From Eledone cirrhosa (taxonomy: Eukaryota): a DNA stretch of 64,000 nt. The stretch lies in the NCBI GenBank assembly GCA_964016885.1, contig OZ024744.1, forward strand, positions 16,926,001-16,990,000, given 5' to 3'. The notes beneath the pieces were generated by a model, which saw only the letters and a program-made list of their open reading frames with translations, made no database searches and had not been told where the DNA came from. The stretch's first letter is position 1; each line of letters begins with the position of its first letter. The position numbers were made by a program, and so were the translations under genes. Below, one piece after another: positions 1 through 13,265 of this stretch.

Positions 1-512
1 TTGGACCACCTAGGTACTATGACATAACTTATGTATTTGCTAGCATTAGTGTACATATGTACGCATATGTTGGTAAATATACTAATTCTCTATATTTATC
101 TCCAAATTATTTATTTGTTGAGCAAACCTGCCAAATCCACTACTAACTCATTGTAGTGGTAGTAGGCTTTTGTCATAATACCATCCCACTCCTTCCGACT
201 AGCCTCAGTGTCACGTGATTGATTCTTTAGAATCTGCCATTTGACCAGAGACAGTGAACTTTTTCAGTGCTTTGGAATTTAGTCCCCGCTAGCTGTTCCA
301 TCCACCTAATTATTATTATTTTTATTTCAGTCCCTAGTGTCCGCGCATTGCCTGGAGACTTAGCTGAGAATAGACTTCCTGATGACGTAATGAATTCTCG
401 ACGATTACATTGCGTAACTATCTTTATCCCATTACAGAAACTAATTAGTTGGAGTGAAAATTTTAGTAAGTTAATTTTTAATTTTTAAAATTTTCTTATT
501 TTACGTCTTTCA

Positions 513-530
513 CATATGTATATATGTATG

Positions 531-625
<95 letters not shown>

Positions 626-748
626 ATGTGTAAGTATATATATATATTTATATATATATGTATATATATGTGTGTATATGTATGTATATATGTGTGTATG
701 TATGTATATATATGTGTATATATATATGTATATGTATGTGTATGTATG

Positions 749-809
<61 letters not shown>

Positions 810-844
810 GTGTATATATATATACTTATTTATATATATATATA

Positions 845-877
<33 letters not shown>

Positions 878-935
878 GTGTGTATGTATATGTGGGTGTG
901 TCTATGGGTGCGCGCGAGTGTGTGAGTGAGTGTGT
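513..935. repeat. Compound (TA)n/(TG)n microsatellite (representative; similar tracts at 1405-1500, 4735-4800, 8015-8220, 14680-15030, 17085-18125, 21580-22145, 41770-41990)
   Basis: Alternating TA/TG/CA visible directly; the YIYI/CVCV ORFs over these tracts are artefacts. Confidence 0.97.
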
Positions 936-1400
936 TTTGTGAATGTGTCTGTTGATTTTGGCATATAGTTGAATAGTTTAAGAGAAATTTGGGGACAATT
1001 GTAAGATATGCACTCAATATTTTGAATTTGTCTACAGAATTCTCTAAACCTTTGTCACTTAGTAAAGAATTTAGCTTTTAAAGAATCTCCCTTTCCTTTC
1101 AATCTATCTACCATGACTGACCCCCACTGATTTTATAGACACCTGTTAGCTTAATAAGGATTGGCATGCCATCCTGAACCTGTTTATAGAATTATTTCTG
1201 CCTTTGTTACTCTAAATATAAAAATAAACTATAGCTTTGTAGAATTAACTTTTAAAGAATTCTATCAACCAATGACCTACACCCATCCCACTTCCCACCC
1301 TCTCCTACCACTTGTAGAGACCTATATATACCATAATTATTTTTTGATAAACAGATTCCTGATGATTTCTAAAGAATGAAACAGTTCTATTCCTGTAGAA

Positions 1401-1507
<107 letters not shown>

Positions 1508-1668
1508 TGAAATAAAGTTAAATAAAAATCAAATGATTAAAATTTAGCTCCGTTTATTACTGCTATATATATTTCAGTGACAGCCATCTTTGGCTGTGAC
1601 CTCTTCAGGCAGTTTGAATTAGTATGGTATAGACAAGTACATATGTTGTTTAAAACTGTTATATATTG

Positions 1669-1733
1669 TATTTTGTCTGATGAAGGCATACCATAATGTA
1701 ACTTGGTATCCTTGAAATATATATAATGAAATA
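1669..1733 (+). ncRNA. Type I minimal hammerhead ribozyme motif
   Basis: TATTTTGT-CTGATGA-AGGcATACCA[loop]TGGTATCCTT-GAAA-TATATA-TA-ATGAAATA: stem I 8 bp with two GU pairs, intact core, palindromic stem III (ATATATAT), UA cleavage site. Confidence 0.75.
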
Positions 1734-1771
1734 AATATGGTTTTATAAATATAGTTTCCATTTATTAATAT

Positions 1772-1822
<51 letters not shown>

Positions 1823-1912
1823 TCCAGTATTGGCAGTCCTGTATACAGATACTAACAATACAGGAATTGAACCATCAAGACAGTTGAGGTATGTCATACA
1901 TCAATTCATATA

Positions 1913-1974
1913 TTTTATCTGATGAGGACGTACTGGAAAAACAGCACAGTAACTCCGAAATATATATAAAAAAA
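1913..1974 (+). ncRNA. Type I minimal hammerhead ribozyme motif
   Basis: TTTTAT-CTGATGA-GGAcgTACTG[loop]CAGTAacTCC-GAAA-TATATA-TA-AAAAAA: intact core, palindromic stem III, stem I with one mismatch. Confidence 0.7.
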
Positions 1975-2089
1975 CATATATTTTGATTATGTGAATGTCT
2001 TCATTTATTAATATTTTGAATAATATTAATAATTCCAGAAAACTTCTTTGTAGAGTGCTTTTAATCTATAGTAAAACTATATTCATTAT

Positions 2090-4733
2090 CCCCCACCCCT
2101 CCAAATGGACACCTGCAGCACTTGCGGCACCACTAACAAACGGAAGATGGGCCGGAACTGTTTGGGGTGCGGCTGCTTCCACCAACTCACCTGCATTGGC
2201 TTGACTCGTCGAGCTTCCAATGCCCTCGCAGCGTGGAGGTGCAGGAGCTGCCTCTTCCCCACGTCTTCCCAGTCACGGCAGTCTGGCACACCACCAGATG
2301 GGACAGTGAGCTTGCCTGACGCCCGAGCCTCGCTGGTCAACATCACTCGGCTCAGTCGGCTCCGGAAGATCCCACTCACGATCCCGAGAGCGGCACGGGT
2401 GCCGGTAGCCGATGCCCTCGCTTCCTCGATTGAGAGCGCCCTGGACTCCAATCGAGCCAGTGACTGGGAGCGGCTGTTCTATTTCGCCCCACTCGCCTCG
2501 GGGCGGCCGATCAACAGCAGCCTTCGTCAAGGCCAATGTCTCGTCATTTGGGCGAGCGCCCATTCCAAGCGTGCCCAGCGACGCCACACACCCCACCCTC
2601 AAGTACCACCTATCCTCCACCCCCGAGGCCAGCGCCAAGCGTTTGCGTGACCAGGTAAACGCAAAGCTTAACATGGGTGATGTCTCGACCGCAGTCAGAG
2701 TCGTTGCCTCAGAGGACACTGTCCTCCAACCCACCGAGGAGGTCCTGGCTGCACTGCGGCTCAAACACCCTGAGCCACCCACTGATCTCAGACCCATACC
2801 CCCACCCGACCCCCACCTGCTCCTTGTGGCTACTGATGCAGATATCATGTCCGCCATCAGGTTCTTCCCAGATAGCAGCTGCGAAGGTGTTGATGGTCTC
2901 CGACCACGCCACCTCAAGGAGTTGACATCCTCCCTCTCCGCTGAGGTTGGGGGCCGCCTTCTGAGTGCAATTGTGACGCTCACCAATAGGCTCATTCATG
3001 GTACCCTCGACCCTTACGCCCGAGGCCTCTTTTTTTCGGCCAGGCTCACCGCTCTCAGGAAGAAAGAGGGTGGCATAAGCCCCATTGCTGTGGTCAATGT
3101 CTTCCGGAGGCTGGCTGTGAAGGTGATCTGCAAGTCTGTCACACACGAACTGGGTGAGGAGTTTAGTCCGGTGCAACTGGGTGTCGGCGTGTCCGGTGGC
3201 TGTGAGGGAGCCGCTCATGCAATCAGTCAGTTCTTCAGCAGCTGCCCATCGGTACCGGCATCCAGGGACTCCAGGCACCTCATTGTCAAGCTTGACATGA
3301 GGAATGCCTTTAACTCTTTTCGCCGGGATCATCTGCTAGAAGCCTGCCTCAACCGAGCCCCCTCTGCCTACCCGCTGGCTTACCTGTCATATGGAGCCTC
3401 GAGCATGCTCCTAGCTGCTGATACGGTCATACCCTCGGCTACTGGGGTCCAACAAGGCGACCATTTGGGACCCCTCCTGTTCGCCCTTGGTATCACGGAG
3501 TATCACGGCCCCTCTCAATGTTTGGTATCTGGATGATGCTACATTGGGCGGGCGCGTACGGACGGTCTGCCAAGATCTTCAATCGGTGATTCCTGGCCTG
3601 GCGGGAATCGGCCTCCAGGTCAACTCGGCCAAGTAGGAGGTGCTGAATGAGGACGTACTGGAAAAACAGCACAGTAACTCCGAAATATATATAAAAAAAC
3701 ATGCCTCGATGCTGCGATCTTTGGACGTGCGGTCCATTCTCCGCCAGGTTCAGGTGACACCCAAAGAGGATGTCCATATCCTCGGGTCACCGATCCACCT
3801 GCCGGCCATCCGCTCCACCATCATGTCTAGGCTTCAACAGCTCCAGACTCTCACGAGCCGACTGGGCTTGATTGACGGCCACCCAGCTCTCTTTCTGCTG
3901 AGGAACTACTGCGCCATACCGAAGCTCCTCTATACACTCTGGAGTGCTCCATGCTACACCCAGACATCTCTCCTCGCTGACCTCGATACTTGTATCTGAG
4001 CAGCAGCCGAGGGGATATGCAACGTTAAGTTTGACGACATAGGGTGGCAACAGGCCACTTTACCGGTCAGGTATGGCGGCCTTGGCCTCCGGTCCTCGAT
4101 CTCACTAGCTTTGCCGGCTTATCTTTCGTCGGTAACCTCGTGCCGCGCCCTCGTCAGCAGGGTTCTTCAAAACACAACAGAACCCTCTGTGTTCAGAGAA
4201 CGTGAGGCCGCCTGTGAGACGTGGGACAGGCTGGGACTTAGCCCAGTAGACGTCCCTCCTCCTCCCCTGTTGACATCAAGTCCCCCCAACGCACCTGGGA
4301 TGCCATCCAGTGCAGCCTGGCCTCAGACAGGCTCACGCGCCAGCTCAACCAGAACCGCCTTGCTTGTTTTCGTGCGGCCTCCAAACCCCACAGTGGTGCC
4401 TGGCTCCATGCCTTGCCCTCCTTCTCCACTGGCATGCAGCTAGACAATCATAGCCTGCGAATCAGCGTTTCCCTGAGGCTGGGCCTCCAGTTCTGCCAGC
4501 CAGACCAATATCGCTGCGGTTCCACCGTGGACTCTTTCGGCCTCCACCCGCTTTCCTGTCGCCACAGTGCCAGCCGCATTCCACGCCATGCTGCCCCCAA
4601 CGAGGTCATTAAGCATGGCTTGGACGCTGCAGGCTTCCCTTCCCAGCTCGAGCCGGTGGGGCTGCATTGAGGGGACGGCAAAAGGCCAGATGGCATGACC
4701 ATCTTCCCGTTCCGCGGTGGCAAACCCCTTTGG

Positions 4734-4735
<2 letters not shown>
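2090..4735 (+). mobile_element. CRE-clade non-LTR retrotransposon, decayed (PHD finger - RT - zinc knuckle - start of RLE endonuclease)
   Basis: N-terminal CSTC..CLGC..HLTC..WRCRSC (PHD-like, 2105-2255); RT motifs LTALRKKEGGISPIAV, QLGVGVSGGCE, KLDMRNAFNS, GVQQGDHLGPLLF, W(Y)LDD; C-terminal RCG..VD..GLHPLSC..RH..NE..EP.GL..DGKRPDG. Broken by frameshifts and stops; cut at (TA)n at 4735. Confidence 0.85.
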
Positions 4736-4801
<66 letters not shown>

Positions 4802-5708
4802 GAAGGAATTGTGGTAAGGAACCAGATGGACCATAACGCACGAGAGTACTCAATACTTAGGGTAGTAGAGTGGGTAATAGGAAAAAGTATGATCCGCGAC
4901 GGCAGAGTTCGAGCTTGGAAAAGTAAACAACAACAGCAAGGAGTACTGTTATGAAAGGTGTTTGGTATTAGGTTCACGCTTGAGAGTGGGGGTGGGGGAC
5001 GACGTCGGGCATAAACCCTTCATCAGGAAAGGTGGTAAGGACATGAGGGTATGGGGGGGGGAGTGGTGGAAAACATTAAAATAACAGGAAAAAAATTAAA
5101 ATGAAGGGAAAAAATAAAAATAAAAATAACATATAAGTGGGACAATAAGTTGAAAACAAGTGGTGGAAGGGTGTGAGGGTGTAGAGGTGGTGGTGGGTGG
5201 ATGGAGGGGAGGGAGGGAGAGCGGAGAAGGAAATTGGGGGTCCGACCGAGCGGGAAGTGTGGAAGGTTGTGTGTGTGTAGGTGTACGTGTGTGTCTGTAT
5301 GTGTGGATGGGAGTGTAAGAGTTTGGGGAGAACGGGGTTCCATGTTCGGATTTTAGGAAAACGAGTGTGTACATATATATAACATTAAACTAAAAGTCGA
5401 ATGACATATATATATATAAAAATAAACATATCAAACAATTACAGGGGATGATTTGTAAAGAATGTAAACACACATATACGGACGTAAGATATTAAAAATT
5501 AACAAAAACCTTGAATATAGATACCTAGCATTAATGATTAATCTCCTTTGTATATATTCCATTGAAGAAATATATTCCACCATTAATCTGTGAATCATAG
5601 ATGTCAAATCTTGGATCATCGGCAAAGGTGAAGATTTAACTATCTATGATTACACACTAAAAGCAAATAAATAAATAAATAAATATATATCTATACATAT
5701 ATATATTA

Positions 5709-7039
5709 CAGGGAAAAATGCGGGCGCATGTAAAGAAATATTCTTAAATTAATAAACCTAGAAAAGTAAAGGACAAGTTATTACACCTGGAAAAGTAAAG
5801 GACAAGAAAACTTCTTCTTAAAACTTCTTAAAATATTGCAGCTATAGTATAAATTTGAATAATAAAAAATATTTGATTTAAATATACATAGAAAGTGATA
5901 AATTCTAATAATACAGTTGACTCTCTAATTGATAATTGTTTCTACTTTAGGCACAAGGCCAGCAATTACCCAGTGCATTACTGGTACTTTATTTTATCGA
6001 CCCCGTAAGGATGAAAGGCAAAGTCAACCTCGGCGGGATTTGAACTCTCTAATTGATAATAATACTAATTTATGATCATTTATTTAATTTTGTGATCCTA
6101 ATTTACACCATAGTGGTTGGGTCATTAAATAAATATACTTTATTTTACTTTACTAAATGGGACTGAAAAAATGAGTGACAATTATAAACATCAAATAAAA
6201 CAAAATTTTGGCGTGTAAATGACACTAACAATTAATTAATAATTAATTAGGGAGCCAACTGTAATGATAAATAATAACAAATTATAATTGTTTAATAATG
6301 AAATTTAAGACATGTCAGAGATCAAAATAACCAATCTACATTTTTAGGTAGAGTAAAATTAGACTACAATTAAAAATTAAACATTGTCTAATTCAACAGT
6401 TCATCTAATGAATTGATGAATTCACTATAATTGATTGATTCACTATAAATGAATAATTGATGAATTGACTTTTACCTAATTTTGCCCCTTGAGATGTTGA
6501 ATTTTACTATATTATAAAAAAATCTGTAATACTCATAAAAAGTGCAATTATATGATGCACTGTTTTTGATTTATTTTACTGCATTATTTTATAACTAAAT
6601 TTTTTAAAATATAATTTGATTAAGAGTGAACATTTTTAAATATCTTATAACATAAATTAATAAATTGTACATATTAATTATTATTATTATTAATTAATTA
6701 TTGTACAAATTATTGTACAAATTATTGTACAAATTTTATTTTAAAAAGATTAATTTGTATACACCAACAAAAAAATTAAGTATACAGTAGTCAACTCTCC
6801 CTATAAGTTTCCTGTCCTTTAAAGTGATATTTTTTAAACAATTAACTTATAATTATTTATTTTTAGTTTTATAATCTAAATATATTTTTTCAAATTTAGA
6901 CTTTAGCTGCAATATTTTAAGAAGTTTTAAGAAGAAGTTTTCTTGTCCTTTACTTTTCCAGGTGTAATAACTTGTCCTTTACTTTTCTAGGTTTATTAAT
7001 TTAAGAATATTTCTTTACATGTGTCCGCATTTTTGCCTG
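5709..7039. mobile_element. Non-autonomous DNA transposon (MITE) with ~170-bp TIRs and TA target duplication, Tc1/mariner-type
   Basis: 5709-5880 is the reverse complement of ~6870-7039 (ta|CAGGGAAAAATGCGG ... CCGCATTTTTGCCTG|ta); AT-rich non-coding interior. Confidence 0.75.
5937..6047 (-). mobile_element. 5'-truncated tRNA-derived SINE nested in the MITE
   Basis: Near-identical to 7136-7247; flanked by a 17-bp direct repeat ACTCTCTAATTGATAAT (5920-5936 and 6044-6060). Confidence 0.85.
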
Positions 7040-7115
7040 TAATCCACTTTTTTTCCAGGCAATGCAAGGATATTATATTAATATTAATAAAAATATTTAT
7101 CAACAAATAAGTTAA

Positions 7116-7322
7116 ATAATAATAATAAATAATAATTGTTTCTACTTTAGGCACAAGGCCAACAATTATCCAGTGCATTACTGGTACTTTACTTTATCGA
7201 CCCCGTAAGAATGAAAGGCAAAGTCAACCTCGGCGGGATTTGAACTCAGATCGTAAAGGGACGTAACTATGCTGGAAAGCATGGCGTCCGACCCTCTACC
7301 GATACTGCCAATCCACCGCCCT
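7116..7322 (-). mobile_element. tRNA-derived SINE, full length (Meta-domain-like body, cephalopod-type)
   Basis: Minus strand: A box TGGCAGTATCGG, B box GAGTTCAAATCC, body GTTGACTTTGCCTTTCAT..GGGGTCGATAAA..GTACCAG, (TTA)n tail. Family naming is from memory, not from a search. Confidence 0.8.
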
Positions 7323-7357
7323 TAATAATGAATAGGAAGAAGTGCAGATAGGAAAAG

Positions 7358-7430
7358 TAATCAGGGTGGGAATCGAACCCACGACCTTCAAATTACCAAT
7401 CCGCTGCTCTACCGACTGAGCTACCTGACC
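7358..7430 (-). tRNA. tRNA-Thr(GGT)-like gene or pseudogene
   Basis: GGTCAGG-TA-GCTC AGTCGGTA GAGC-A-GCGGA TTGGTAA TTTGA-AGGTC-GTGGG TTCGATT CCCAC-CCTGATT-A, followed by TTTT. Full cloverleaf, but the anticodon stem is weak (one mismatch, two GU). Confidence 0.65.
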
Positions 7431-8013
7431 ACAATTCGCTATTGCACAATCTATCACTATTTTAATGTATTAGAAATTAGAAACAAACTAAGCGTTACTT
7501 ATGTATGTAGTTCCTTACACTCTTTTGGTCCTCACTTATTTTTATGTAACTTTTTTTCTACTGAACCAAATTTCAATATTTTTATGTCAAAAAGTAGCTT
7601 ATCTGTGGTCCTATGAAGTGCAAAAAAACCCATCCAATTCTATAAAGAATTGAATTAGTGACAAAGCTTTGAAGGTGTCGCGAGTGACCGAAATGGGACC
7701 TTAAGAATATTATACACCTACTACCGTAGATGTATGATATATAAAACTGTTGTTGTCTGTGTGTGTCCTCATTTTTGCAAAGTCTATACAAATCCACATT
7801 TCTACTCCGATTGACTTCAAACTTACATTTATATATTCCTTGCAGTCTAAAGATATTAACTGCAGCTTTTATTTTTCAATTTTCTGTTGTTAAAGGAGTT
7901 GTAGGCACCGGTTATTCATCTCCGTAGCGCTCTTATAATATATGTCTGTATGCCTGGCTGTCTGCATTATGGCATTCTGACGAACATTGCTGATGTATTA
8001 TCTTCGCTACATT

Positions 8014-8057
<44 letters not shown>

Positions 8058-8118
8058 TATACTCATATATACATATATATACACATATATACATATACAC
8101 ACACATATATACACATAT

Positions 8119-8225
<107 letters not shown>

Positions 8226-10352
8226 TGAAAAAGAACAAAGGAACTATTATGACATTATAACAAGTTTATTGCAGACAGCCGTTTCGTCTGACTATATGGA
8301 GGAACTTTTCAAGGCATATAACATGTGATTGTAAGATCATTATTTACATCAACGTATCACTCAAGGCTAGCAGTTTGAAATTGTGGTATACATCAGCCGC
8401 TCCGCTTGTATAGTTGGGGTCTATATTCTAAGGGGGCTCTTTTATATTAGTTGTCGGGGTCAGGGATTGAAGGTTAAAAAATTAGATAATATATAATTTA
8501 CGCATTAACAGTAAACTAAAAGACTTGGAATCCCGTAGAAGCACCTTAAAAAATCCCTCAATATGTGCATAAAGCTTACAGGCTCCAATAAACCTAATAA
8601 ACTAGAAGAAATTAAGAGGCTAATAAAATAAAAAATAAAAATATAAAGTTTCTCTAAAAAATATATATATAAAGTTTCCTATGAAATTCCTTCGACAGAA
8701 AAAAATTTTTTCCGAAAGAAATGAACTTTCTTCCCCCGAGATCACGTTTACAAATTTCAGAAAACTTACGAAGTTTTGATATTCCCTACTAAGTTGAAAG
8801 AAACTAATCAATTAAAGGTTAATTCAAAGAGCCTTCTATAATTCTCTCAGAAATTTTCTATAATTCTCTAAAAATTTAATATTTTTAAAAGGAACTTCCT
8901 CCGGGAGACCCTTCGAAGAATTAAAATTTTAGAGAGCCTTTAAGGATATATATAAAAACGAAATGAGGAAAATTATACATTAAAAGTTAAAAATTGCGGT
9001 ATTTGGGATATCCGAGGAACTTTCAAAGGGCTGCTTCAACAGATACAACTTAGGCATAATAGATACAATAATTTAAGTAATTTAAGTAATTTAATTAGGG
9101 AGCAATTCAAAGAGTTTATCAAGTTGGGCAAGATTAAAGAAAGTGGTAAATAAGAAAATACATAAGCAAAAAGACAATAATTATAAAATGTATTTTTAAG
9201 AAGGTATAAGGTAGCTTCAGTAATCTAACAATGTATTATCACAAAAAATTATTATAAAATTATTGATACCGGATTAACAAAGACATAATAATATATTCCT
9301 GCCTAATTAACAAATAATCAAAACACTATTAACAGTCAGGCAAAATTAGCTCAGGGATATCCCGCGCTCGGATACTTTACACACATACAGCAACACATAG
9401 GATTAGCACAGACATAATGGTATATTCCTGCCTAATTAACAAACAATCGATTAACAATTGATGGTCAAGAAAATGTACTCAGGGATATCCCGCGCACGGA
9501 TATTTACATACATACAGCAGGATGAACAGTACTGGTGACCGTGTGGGCGCGATATCCATTATGCGTATGTAGTCATCTGCACAGTTCCAGGCACAGCTGG
9601 TCTTGTTTAAAAGTTCATAGTTCACGGATCAACTGGGATTCATTATCAGCTGCGTGGACTCTCTGGGAGATGTACCTGTGGATCTAATAGCTAGTGGTTG
9701 CTGGGTGTGGTCCGTTCGATCTTTTAGTTTCAGGGGTTGCACGCTTTCGCGATATACCAGCCTGCCGGTTCTAAGTCCAAGGTCTCGCTACATAGGATGT
9801 ATTGGACTACATGCTATATTGGTAAAAAAACCAGTGTGGATTTGACTGGGGTGGTATATTACGAACTCCAAGCCCACACGCGACTGGTCAAAAGCGAAGG
9901 GCTGTCCCCTCTTTGTTTGCTGTATGGGTCGGTTCCAGCTTAGATGGTGGTCGTGTTATCCATATTCCGTCAGCCCTGTATATTCAAGACAGATCAGGGT
10001 ATATATTTGCGGGTATGGTTCGGCGTCTACGTTATCCAGAGGGTCTCACTTGTGGTATTTTCAAGTTCGCATGTCATCTCCCGGTTAAGACTGCGCATGC
10101 TTCGGTGAATCCCATGTATGGAATCTTAGGGTATCATATTACACGGGGTGACTAGCAGAAAATATATATTCTATGCTATCGCGCACGAGCTGGCCTGTGG
10201 CTACGACCGTGTCCAGTCTCGGGTAGTAGCAGACAGCAGGTAGACCAGATAGACACACCCCTGTTCAAGGGGCACAACCCCTAACTTATCGAGTGGTCAG
10301 ACTTCAAGGGAGTCAACTCTCCAAGCCCATTAAGTCGACTGTGGTAAAATAC

Positions 10353-13195
10353 AGCACCACCACCAAAACCACCATTACCACCACCACCATAAACACCACC
10401 ACCACCACCACCAGCAACACCACCGCCAGCACCACTACCTCCGCCACCACCACCACCACTACCATGACCACCAACACCGCCACCACTACCACCACCGTCA
10501 CCACAACCACCACCACTACCACTAACACCACCACCACCACCACCACCACCACCAACACCACCACTACCACCTCCACGATAACCAACACCACAACCACCAC
10601 CACCACCACCACCAGCAACACCACCGCCAGCACCACCACCTTCACCACCACCCACGACCACCACCATCACCACCACCACCAATACGGCCTCTATCATCAC
10701 CACCACCACCACTACCACCATCACCACTAAGACGAACACCACCAACACCAACACCAACACCACCACCACCACCACCACCACCACTACTACCCCCAACACC
10801 AACACTACCACCACCAACACCAATACCACCACCACTACCACCACCATCACCACCAGCACCACCACCACCACCACTATTACCACCAACACCAACACCACCA
10901 CCACCACCAACACCACCACCACTACCATCACCAACACCACCAACACCACCACCACCACCACCATCACCACCACCACCACCACCACTATTACCACCAACAC
11001 CACCACCACTACCAACACCACCACTACGATCACCAACACCACCATCACCACCACCACCACCACCACCTCCACCACCAACACCACCACCACCACCACCACT
11101 ACTACCACCAACACCAACACCACCACCACCACCACCACCACCAACACCACCACCACTACCACCGCCATCACCAACACCACCAACAACACCACCAACACCA
11201 CCACCACCATCATAACCATCACCACGAGAACCACCACCAACACCATCACTACCCCCACCACCACAACCATCACCACCACCACTACCACCAACAACACCAC
11301 CACCACCATTACCAACACCAGCACCACCACCGACGCCGCCTGACCACCAACACCACCAAAACTACCACCACCACCACCAACACCATCGCCAACATTACCA
11401 GCACCAGCACCACCACCGCCGCGGCCATACCAAATCCCATACCCCCCCACCACCACCAACACCAACACCACCACTACCACCACCACCAGCACCACCAACA
11501 TCACCATCACCACCACCACCACCAACACCACCACCACTACCACGAGCATCATCACCACCACCACCACCACCACCAACACCACCACCAGCAACGCCACCAC
11601 CACCACCAACACCAACAGCACCACCAGCAACACCACCACCACCACCAACGCCACCATCAGCACCACCAGCAACACACCACCACAACCACTACCACCAACG
11701 CCCCCACCACTACCACCACCACCACCACCACCACCACCACCACCACCACCACCACCACCATCACCACCAGCACCAACGCCACCACCACCAACACCAGCAT
11801 CACCACTTCCACCCCCACGACCAACACCACCACCACCACCACCACCATCACCACTAGCACCACTAACACCAACACCATCATCACTACCACCACCACTACG
11901 ACCTCTATCATCACCACCACCACTACTACCATCACCACTATCACACAACCACCACTACCACCACCATCGCCTCTACCACCATCACCACCACCACCAACAC
12001 CACTACTAACACAACCACCATCACCACCACCACTAACACCAACACCACCACCACCAACACCAACACCACCACCACCACTACCACCACAACCACCACGGCC
12101 ACCGTCACCACCACCACCACCACCACTACCACTAACACCACCACCACCATGACCACCACCATGACCACCACCACCACCACCACCACCACCACCAGCAACA
12201 CCACCACCAGCACCACCACCTCCACAACCACATCCACCACCACCTCCACCACCACCATCACCACCACCACCAATACGACCTCTATAATCACCACCACCAC
12301 CACTACCACCACCACCTCCACCACCAGCACCACAGCGACCACCTCTACCACAATCACCACCATCAACACCACCACCAACATCACCACCACCACCATTACC
12401 AACACCACCACCACCTCCACTGCCAACACCAACACCACCATTACCAACACCAGCACCACCACCACCACCGCCAACCACCACCACCACAACCACCAACACG
12501 ACCACCAACATCACCGCCAACATTACCAGCACCAGCACCACCACCGCTGCCGCCATACCAAATCCACCCCCAACCCCACCACCACCATCACCAACACCAC
12601 TACTACTACCAACACCACCATCACCGCCACCACCATCACCACCACCAACACCACCACCACCATCATCACCACCACCATCATCACCACCACCAACACCACC
12701 ACAACCACCACCACCAACACCACCAACACCCCCCCCCCCAGACCCCCACCACCATCACCACCACCACCACCAACACCAACACCACCACCACCACCAACAC
12801 CATCACCACCACCAGCAACACCACCACCACCAGCAACACCACCATCAACACCCATCACCACCACCACCACCACCAACACCAACACCACCACCAGCAACAC
12901 CACCACCACCACCAACACCACCATCGGCACCACCACCACCAATCCCACCACCACCACTAACACTAACACCAACACCAACACCAACATCACCAACACCACC
13001 ACCACCACCACAACCAACACCACCACCACCACCACAACCAACACCACCACCACCACCACCACCACCACCACCACCACCACCAACACCACCACCACCACCA
13101 CCAACACCATCACCAACACCACCACCACCACCACTGCCAACACCAACACCACCACCACCACCGCCACCACCAGCGCTACCACCACCACCAACACT
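10353..13195. repeat. Degenerate (ACC)n trinucleotide array, ~2.85 kb
   Basis: CAC/ACC/AAC triplets with frequent phase slips; the poly-T/H/P/V/G ORFs are a consequence. Confidence 0.95.
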
Positions 13196-13265
13196 AATTT
13201 AAGGTTATTTTATATATATATGTACTTGTATGTATCTATATATATATATATATATATTAATAAAT

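Noticed and set aside
370-430. CTGATGA-CGTAATG..CATTGC-GTAA hammerhead-like motif
   Set aside because: GTAA in place of GAAA and no stem I partner.
960-1400. Possible decayed PLE RT fragment on the minus strand (YKQV.DG-like)
   Set aside because: Too few motifs survive to support the call without a profile search.
4998-5030. Hammerhead CTGATGA-AGGG TTTATG CCC-GA-CGTCG-TC (minus strand)
   Set aside because: GAAA reduced to GA and stem I unpaired; at best a dead PLE pLTR relic.
8265-8320. TTGAAAA..GAC-GAAA-CGGCTG-TC relic (minus), plus similar relics near 36690, 42740 and 47540
   Set aside because: Core or stem II too damaged to call; likely old PLE termini.
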